Assembly: GCA_051362555.1 (NCBI GenBank)
Contig: CM120640.1
Coordinates: forward strand, 39,534,788 to 39,598,787
Source: Lingula anatina
Taxonomy: Eukaryota > Animalia > Brachiopoda
DNA: 64,000 nt
Reading direction: 5' to 3'
The translations under genes and the position numbers were made by a program. Below are positions 56,672-64,000 of this stretch, in pieces. The notes under the pieces are model-generated. The model ran no database searches and was not told the origin of the DNA. It saw only the letters and a list, made by a program, of their open reading frames with translations. Positions within the stretch are counted from its first letter, which is position 1. Each line of letters starts with the position of its first letter.

Positions 56672-58259
56672 CACTGGTTTAAGATTTTACGCTATTATTG
56701 TTATGGCCAGTATAGTTTGCGCTCAGTACATGCATAACTTCTTGATATAGTGTGGTTTAGTATAATTATCACAGATGTTATTTATTCTTATCCTTATCCT
56801 TATAAGGTCACACTTTTAGATGAACTTTGTTCGTAAATAATATGCACAACTTATAACCTAAAACAACCACGAACATAATAGGATAATAGGAAGGTCTGTA
56901 ATGTGTATTTCAATAGTTCAATATGATAGGAATGAAATATCTTTGAACAGCGGGGCATGACTAGTTGAATTCCTTGCATTATCTTCGGCTCTATTTATAA
57001 ATGAATAACAGTCACGCTTTTCACATTGCGAGTTGGAACAAAAGTAAGTCTTTAGGTGCGTACTGTCAGTCATTTCTGTAGAAGTAGCATAGAACGAAAT
57101 GCATCAGCTTGGCTTATTTATTGGCTAGTGTGCAACAAGTAGACATATTATACATCAAGAACACTCTTGTATACATGTATAAACAGACAATCTATTTATG
57201 CATATGTTTTAGACACTATATGGAAGGAAAATAACCCAACAAAATATTAAGTTTTCTTTACTGAATAAATACAAATTGCTCATTCATATATTCCAGGAAT
57301 AACACACGTACTAAACAATGGGATCATAAGTATAGGGCCTACACTAAATATTACTGTATTTTCTAATAATGATGATAATAAACTGAGATGTATTTTTTTC
57401 ATCAGAAAAAGGAGAGGGGGGTGCAAATGTTTGAAGTAAGCAACTTTCACATATACAAATAAAAGATGTTTAGTCTAATGCTTTTGTTATTTTTTCTTCA
57501 ATATTTTCGTGTGTAATATGCTCATAGATATTATATTCAACTAGAAATAAGAATAAAAACAGGTCGAGCAGCAAGAAAGGAATTCTGCCACCCCTAATTT
57601 ATGAAACTATTCGGAATAAATATTTACAAAATCAACAGCAACAAAAACAAAAACGCAACGCGTTGTACATAACGACCTTACTAGTCTTCGAAATCGCCAG
57701 CGGCGGGACACGACATAGGTCAAACTCTTATTGGAAAAATAAAATCATTCGCACTTTTAAGGTGCAGTATAACATCCCTCCTTTTTTCTTAAAAATTACT
57801 ACGTTTGAAGGGCATTTACCATATCCAAAAGATTAGGCATGATTGAAAACTAACCGCCACATACCAAAGGTAAGATTCAGAACACCTTCGTGTAGTTTCT
57901 TCAATCCATTTCGCAACACTTTTGATTCCTATGATAGATTAGGCAATCAGTTGCCCGCAAGAACTGCCCTAATCTTCAAAAACAATAGCAATATAGCATT
58001 AAGAATTACTGTTCTTTCTAGCAAGTGGCAAACAGAGAGTGTAACATTTTTTATTTTAAACTTTTTCATTCTTAATATCTGTTACTGCCTTCCCCTCACC
58101 CCCTTCCTCCCACAGCAATGTACAGTCTTGAAAAGTTACTTTTTAAAGGCACTAGTGGTTCATTCCGACAGCAAGACGGTTCGCGTACCGTATTTTCTGA
58201 AACATTTTCGCTGCATTCTCTGTATTGCAGTAGATGTGTCAGACGCATTTCTCATCCAT

Positions 58260-58269
58260 GTCACGTGAC
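58260..58269. promoter_or_regulatory. Perfect palindromic E-box GTCACGTGAC in the putative BMAL1 promoter
   Basis: Lies in a locally CpG-rich patch about 25 bp upstream of a candidate start AAACATGG (58293). Confidence 0.5.
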
Positions 58270-59184
58270 CTCCGTTAATTTACATTGTAAACATGGAGCC
58301 CAGTCAGTTGTCGTCGGAAATGGTGATTATGTGGAAAATATTCATGACAACATAAGAGGTTCATTGGATTCTCTGCAGATAGTATTAAAAGATTGGCCCA
58401 GGAAAGGTAAAACCGATATTGGGGTTGAACATATTTCCGAATTTGTTATAAACGGACTATGTACTATTGGACACTTGTTGCGGCTTTCTCTTAATGGCAG
58501 CCTGGAGCTTGGAGTGGACGGTAGTGGACATCAAGATAAACGTTATAAAGCCAGTGTTGCTTCTTTTTAAACAAAAACATGATATTCAATAGCTTCGAGG
58601 CGGACACTGAATTCAGTCGTGTGTCCTCTGCTCCTGCTTACATGTATGTCTTAGAAATTACGTGGTAAATGAGCCCATTTTAGCTTCTTGGCAGTTAAGA
58701 TATTAAGTATCAGACTAAATAACATGCCTCTTGCACTCCTATTTATGTTTGGGGTGCTGCAGGTAGATTTTAGAGTCGATAGAAGCACCAGCAAAAATTA
58801 TTGATCTCCGAACATGCATGCATATCCATGAAATCGCATGACGTGATAGGGATACAGGAAGGTGGTACTCTGCATGTCATTTAAAAAAAGCTTGTTGCCT
58901 CATGCCCTGTCAGATCTGTGTTATTGTATCCTAGTACTCTGCTTGTGTTTGGTAGGCTTTTACTTAAACTGGACAGTAATGTGAAAATTTTGATTTGCCT
59001 TGTGCATAATGTAGCTGTTCTTCTCACAGCCTGATTAACTGTTTTGCCTCAGTTCTAGGTGTAGATTGCAAACGAGCAAAAATGGCAAATTGGAGCTAAA
59101 ATGTATCCTGTATCTTTGACATATTTTATATATTTTCATATATATTTTTCTCACATCTGGAGAGGTTCTAGCACAAAAATTAAT

Positions 59185-59253
59185 GCGTTAGCACTCTTAT
59201 ATGGTTTCTTAACAGCAGTACATATCAGAACCCATATAAAAGAGTGCTAACGC
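59185..59253. other. ~70-nt stem-loop in the putative BMAL1 first intron
   Basis: GCGTTAGCACTCTT pairs with AAGAGTGCTAACGC (14 bp), followed by a 2-nt bulge, 10 of 11 further pairs and a 17-nt loop. Confidence 0.6.
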
Positions 59254-60025
59254 GTGACTTTCCATGCAAGAGAGGTGCCTACTGGGCACTGAATTTCCAC
59301 CTGCAGCTTGGTTTTATCATTCAATTAGGTTCTCTTAGCAACTTGGTGAACCAATAGGTCAACCAAAAGTTGCACAGCTGAACGTTTATTAATAACCCTT
59401 ATCACATAGTGCACTGTAAGTAAAAGCTTAATTATACTACTGGAAAAAACAAGAAGATGTGTAGAACTAGCAAAGAACTGTACTCAGAATAATGGCCATA
59501 CATTAAAACCTTATTGTGGAAACATTGTGGCTGTTTTCATTCAGGATAATTGGCAACAATTTATTTAGACACATTCTTTTTGAACTTGTGCTCATTAACC
59601 ATGTAAAGATATCTTCCCCCACAGTGGATTGAAATATCCACACATTCCCCTACCCTAGCTCTAGATACAGATCCTGTACTTTGTGGTTTTACCTATAGAT
59701 CGAGGTAAGTGATGGAAAAAAATCTATCCATCATCACCATATTGCATCCACAAATCCTGGCATCAAACCTACCAATGATAGCTTTATTTGTGAACTTGTT
59801 AAGTTTTAACATTATCTCAACAGGCTCCAACTTTAGCTGCAACAAAGTCGGTGAAAATTAACATCCATATAGGCCAGGGACAGAGAACTTCTCCCAGATG
59901 ATCTTCTCTTTCTCCTGAAGAGAATCAAATGTATTAAGTTCTGGTCACTGTTTAAGATTCTGTAGCTTTTAGATGCATCAATGCAATCTTATATGTTCAT
60001 AATGAACCTGCCAATGTTTCAGATC

Positions 60026-63012
60026 ATGGAGAGAAAAGACTCCCCAGGAGAGACATTTTCAGGAAAGCGTAAGGTGTCTTCAGTTATAAGGTAACATTAC
60101 ATGTGATATACAAAATATAATTCTGTGTGTATTAGTTTGCTAGTAGGTACCTAATTTATTAATATTCCTTTGGTTTGTAGTTGAAAACTAATGATATGCA
60201 TAACATACATGTACTAGTACATTAATCCCATGTATTCAATCATGTTGTCATAGAAAAAATCCCTAAATATATACATACTAGTAATACTATTTGCTATAAA
60301 ACTGTCGAAAATTCCACAATGATTAGACTTGTTTGTTTCCTGTCATTTGTGTCATGATTTAAAAGTAGAACTATGAGTAAACTGAATATAAGTTGGTATG
60401 GCAAGCAGTATTTTGTTTATTCCCTTGACAGCTATGATAGTGATCTAGAAGATGATGGAAAATATGCAAGGACTGATGGCAATGGCGACAGGAAACGCTT
60501 TAGGTAAATACAGTTATGTGGGGTATTATTGATTTCAGAAGTAGAACACAATTTAAAAACTTTTAAAGTGTCTTATTTATCATCTAAAATGTATGATTAG
60601 ATAAGCTACTTGTTTCAATACTGATAGTTCAGTTTATATTAATTGAATTCCTATGAAGCTGTGTAAAATACGGTTTACTCGATATAAATATAGCAAATGA
60701 ATTTTCAGCCGGTCATCATCCATTACTTCTCAAGGCACCTCCGTGCAGACGCAGTAAGTGCAAAATCAACTACTGAAATTGGGATTTTATATATGTGCAT
60801 AAGAGGTGCAAGTGTGTGTGTGCATGTGTGTACTGTTTGAATAATTTTAAGAATGTGTTGGTTTTGCATCCTTTTTGTTTAAAATTATTTTCATTTTGTG
60901 TGTGTGTGTACCTATGTTTGTGTGTGAGAGAGTTTTTGTTTTATAAATGCTGTTTATATAATTCTGAAAATGTCATGTATCAGCTAGCTTTTGCATCCTT
61001 TTTCCATTCATCATGATTAATTTCAATTTTATGTGCATGGCTTAATTAGAGTATTATTTGCATATTTTTCCTAAATGCTTATAATTCTGTTCAGCAAATG
61101 TGCACATGGTTGTTTTGCTTTCAGCATTGGCATATGCTTGTCAAGTAGTGAAACTGAAAATATTAATAGTAAATAAACATTCAGTTTGGTAATTGCAGAC
61201 AGAACCACAGTGAGATTGAAAAAAGGCGCCGTGACAAGATGAATGCATACATCTGGGAATTGTCCTCCATGATACCCATGTGCAGTGCAATGAACAGAAA
61301 GCTCGACAAGTTGACTGTACTGCGGATGGCTGTACAACATATAAAATCCCTGAAAGGTATGCTCAGTACAGCATTTATGACAAAGACCAATCAGTAAACA
61401 TGTTAATCAGCAAATATATTGATCAGTAGAATTAAAATCATCCCACCATAATCAGTGCAATTGGTATTTCTTGGCAATAACATATTATTAGTGCTGTTGA
61501 ATATATATGGATATAATCTGGTTGTATTTTAGGTGCTGACACGTCACAGTGTGAAACAAGTCAAAGGCCAGCCTTCCTGTCAGATGAAGAGCTTAAACAT
61601 CTTATTTTGAAGGCAAGTTTTTCGTACAATCAAAGTTCAGAGAAATACCAAAGCTGCATTAAATAATCCATGATTATTGTGACAAAACTTGGACTATGAA
61701 ATATCTCTTGTCATACCTGTTAACAACCCAATAAGTTTCATTTACATTAAATGCCTATAACTGTTAATGTTATGTTTATATATATTTTTGTAGTCCGCTG
61801 GTGGATTCCTGTTTGTTGTTGCTTGTGACAGGGGCAAGTTGTTGTACGTCTCTGAATCTGTCAAAGATTATCTCAACTTCACAAGGGTAAGTTTTATAAA
61901 CACACCATGAAAAACTGAAACATGGACCAAGATGGTCTGCGCACAAACATGTAGTCACGCACATTTGCTAATGTACACACATGCACATGCACGAGCGCAC
62001 ACACACACACAAACAGTCCACGCATGTACTAGTAACTCTTATGACTTGATGCAGCATTCAGTTGCTTTGTGGTTGGGGTAAGGGTAGAGGGGATGAAGGT
62101 ATTTCTAAAATGGAGGACATATCTAAAAGTGGGTGTGACATATTCAGTTTGGAGTTTGAAGTGATATTGTTAGTCAGGAAAACCACATGGTTCCTGACCC
62201 AATCAATTTTTGTTTTGCTTCTCACTGTTTTTTTTTTTCTTCAAATTTCAGAGTGAGCTGACCAATCAAAGCCTCTTTGACATTCTTCACCCAAAAGACA
62301 TCACAAAGGTCAAGGAGCAGCTGACATCATCTGATCTCACCCCCAGAGAAAGGCTCATTGATGCTAAAAGTAAGTTATATTTGTTATATACTACATGTAG
62401 TTTGGAAGGATGAAAAAATGTTATTCTGTCAGAATAATTTTGTCCCTACTAAAAATAACAGGTGAGTAATGATGTAACCTGCCACATGATTTATGTTACC
62501 ATGCAGGAAAGGGAACTTTTAAAACTATTTTATCCTTGTTAGTGGTTTAAGCGAGATTCCATGTTTTTTGAAAGTATGGCTCATTGATGTATTAAGTGTA
62601 GCATATTGAGGTGTTCTTTATATACCTTGTGTCTTTTGAACTCATTCTAGCAATGATGCCTGTGAAGACAGAGATGCCCCAGATCCAGTCTCAGTTCAGC
62701 TCAGGTGCTCGAAGGTGCTTTTTCTGCCGCATGAAATGTGGAGTGAGAAACAGTGGAGATGGCAACGCTAGTCTCTTGATAAAAGAGGAAAAAGAACAGG
62801 ACATTGAAACGGTTTTAAGAAGGAAGAAGTCAGGTGAGCTTTAATTGATGAAAGTTTTTAAGCCCACCACCATTGAGTACAGATGTATGTGATGTTTGTC
62901 TCTCCAGTTTTCTGCAACTGTTGTGGTCTAGCCCACTTCTGTATCTACTCGTCTCTTACCTATTCAAATGAACTATTCCAACTGTTTTCAAACTTTCCAG
63001 ATTGTTGCTATG

Positions 63013-63060
<48 letters not shown>

Positions 63061-63822
63061 GCACATGATCATTGTGACACTCTAATTCACTTAACACAGG
63101 TTATGTCAAGTCTTAAATGTTCTTTTTAATTTTTTTTTCCAGACCGCTGCTATGCCCTGATTCACTGTACGGGTTACCTCAAGTCATGGCCACCAGCTAA
63201 ACTGGGTCTGGAAGAGGACACAGACAGTGACTCTGATGGTGGTAACACTACCTGCTTGGTTGCAGTGGGCAAGGTCCAGCCTGTACTGGACCTCAGCGAT
63301 CTTGGACCTACTCAGACACACCCTACAGAGTTTGTATCCAGACATGCCATTGACGGGAAATTTACTTACGTTGATCAAAGGTTAGGGCTGATGTTTGGTC
63401 TGATGTTGTGTGGAATTATAAAACAAGTAATGAATGTAGTAAAAGAAAATGCACCAACTACAGTAAAGTCTGCCCCATCAATCATAACCGTATAATGATT
63501 ATTGATATGTAGTGTGAAAAAGGGGTACTAAAAAATTTTATCTTCATTTCAGTTATTGCGATTTGAAAATTTGTTAGGATCACTGTTTATAGAGAAGAAA
63601 GGTTTTAAGATGCATAGTGATATGATATGATATGATATGATATTACAATTTGTATTCAGAATATTGAATTCACATGCAATCCTGTGTAGTACACTGTTGT
63701 TCTTGTTCTCATCAGAGCCACTGCTGTCTTGGGTTATCTACCTCAAGAACTTCTTGGAACGTCCGTGTACGAGTATTATCACCAAGATGACTTGGCACAT
63801 ATGGCTGAAATACATAAAAAAG
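60026..63822 (+). CDS. BMAL1: bHLH-PAS clock factor BMAL1/cycle, 5' half (continues beyond window; may start at 58293)
   Basis: Exons 60023-60090, 60432-60503, 60709-60753 (optional), 61199-61356, 61533-61612, 61794-61886, 62252-62369, 62651-62833, 63143-63380 and 63716-63822. The bHLH reads [15 protein letters not shown]...[15 protein letters not shown], with the EKRRRDKM signature of BMAL/CYC rather than ARNT. PAS-A includes [11 protein letters not shown] and [13 protein letters not shown]; PAS-B includes [18 protein letters not shown]. Confidence 0.93.
63015..63056. repeat. (TA)n microsatellite in a BMAL1 intron
   Basis: Seen directly. Confidence 0.95.
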
Positions 63823-64000
63823 GTAATATTTCTTGGGATCCATCTAGAGAAGATAAGTAATAGTAAAGATTTTAAGAAACCATCATATTAAATTTGACGG
63901 TTTTAAGAAAGTAAAGGTTTTACAAAAAGGAGTTGTTAAATTGATGGTTTTAAAAAGATCAGTCTAAGAATGAAACTTGAGTCTTATGAGAATCAGAATT

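Larger units (their letters stand above)
53244..58126 (+). repeat. Tandem segmental duplication, copy 2
   Basis: Colinear with 47720-52518, plus a ~225-bp insertion at 56352-56577. Confidence 0.95.

Noticed and set aside
57843-58570. 141-aa and 150-aa ORFs upstream of BMAL1
   Set aside because: No motifs; they span duplicated flank that is indel-disrupted in copy 1 and the putative promoter.

Overview
Intron-rich, AT-rich animal genomic DNA. It is an invertebrate, most consistent with a lophotrochozoan such as a mollusc, but the species cannot be fixed from sequence alone. In order, the window holds: the 3' part of HECTD4 (+); a complete PLBD2 (-); a candidate spliced 61-aa two-TM microprotein gene head-to-head with PLBD2 (+); rapsyn (-); a short secreted angiopoietin/olfactomedin-N-terminus-like coiled-coil protein (+); a trypsin-family protease with Tyr in place of Gly193 (+); a ~5.5-kb-period tandem duplication carrying two intronless NodZ/FUT8-like (GT23-type) fucosyltransferase ORFs (+); and the 5' half of BMAL1/cycle (+). 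MITEs, an L2-type LINE remnant and microsatellites are interspersed. The best novelty candidate is the duplicated, intronless, membrane-anchored fucosyltransferase, which looks microbial and may be a domesticated horizontal transfer. All exon boundaries and comparisons were read by eye; no database search was run.
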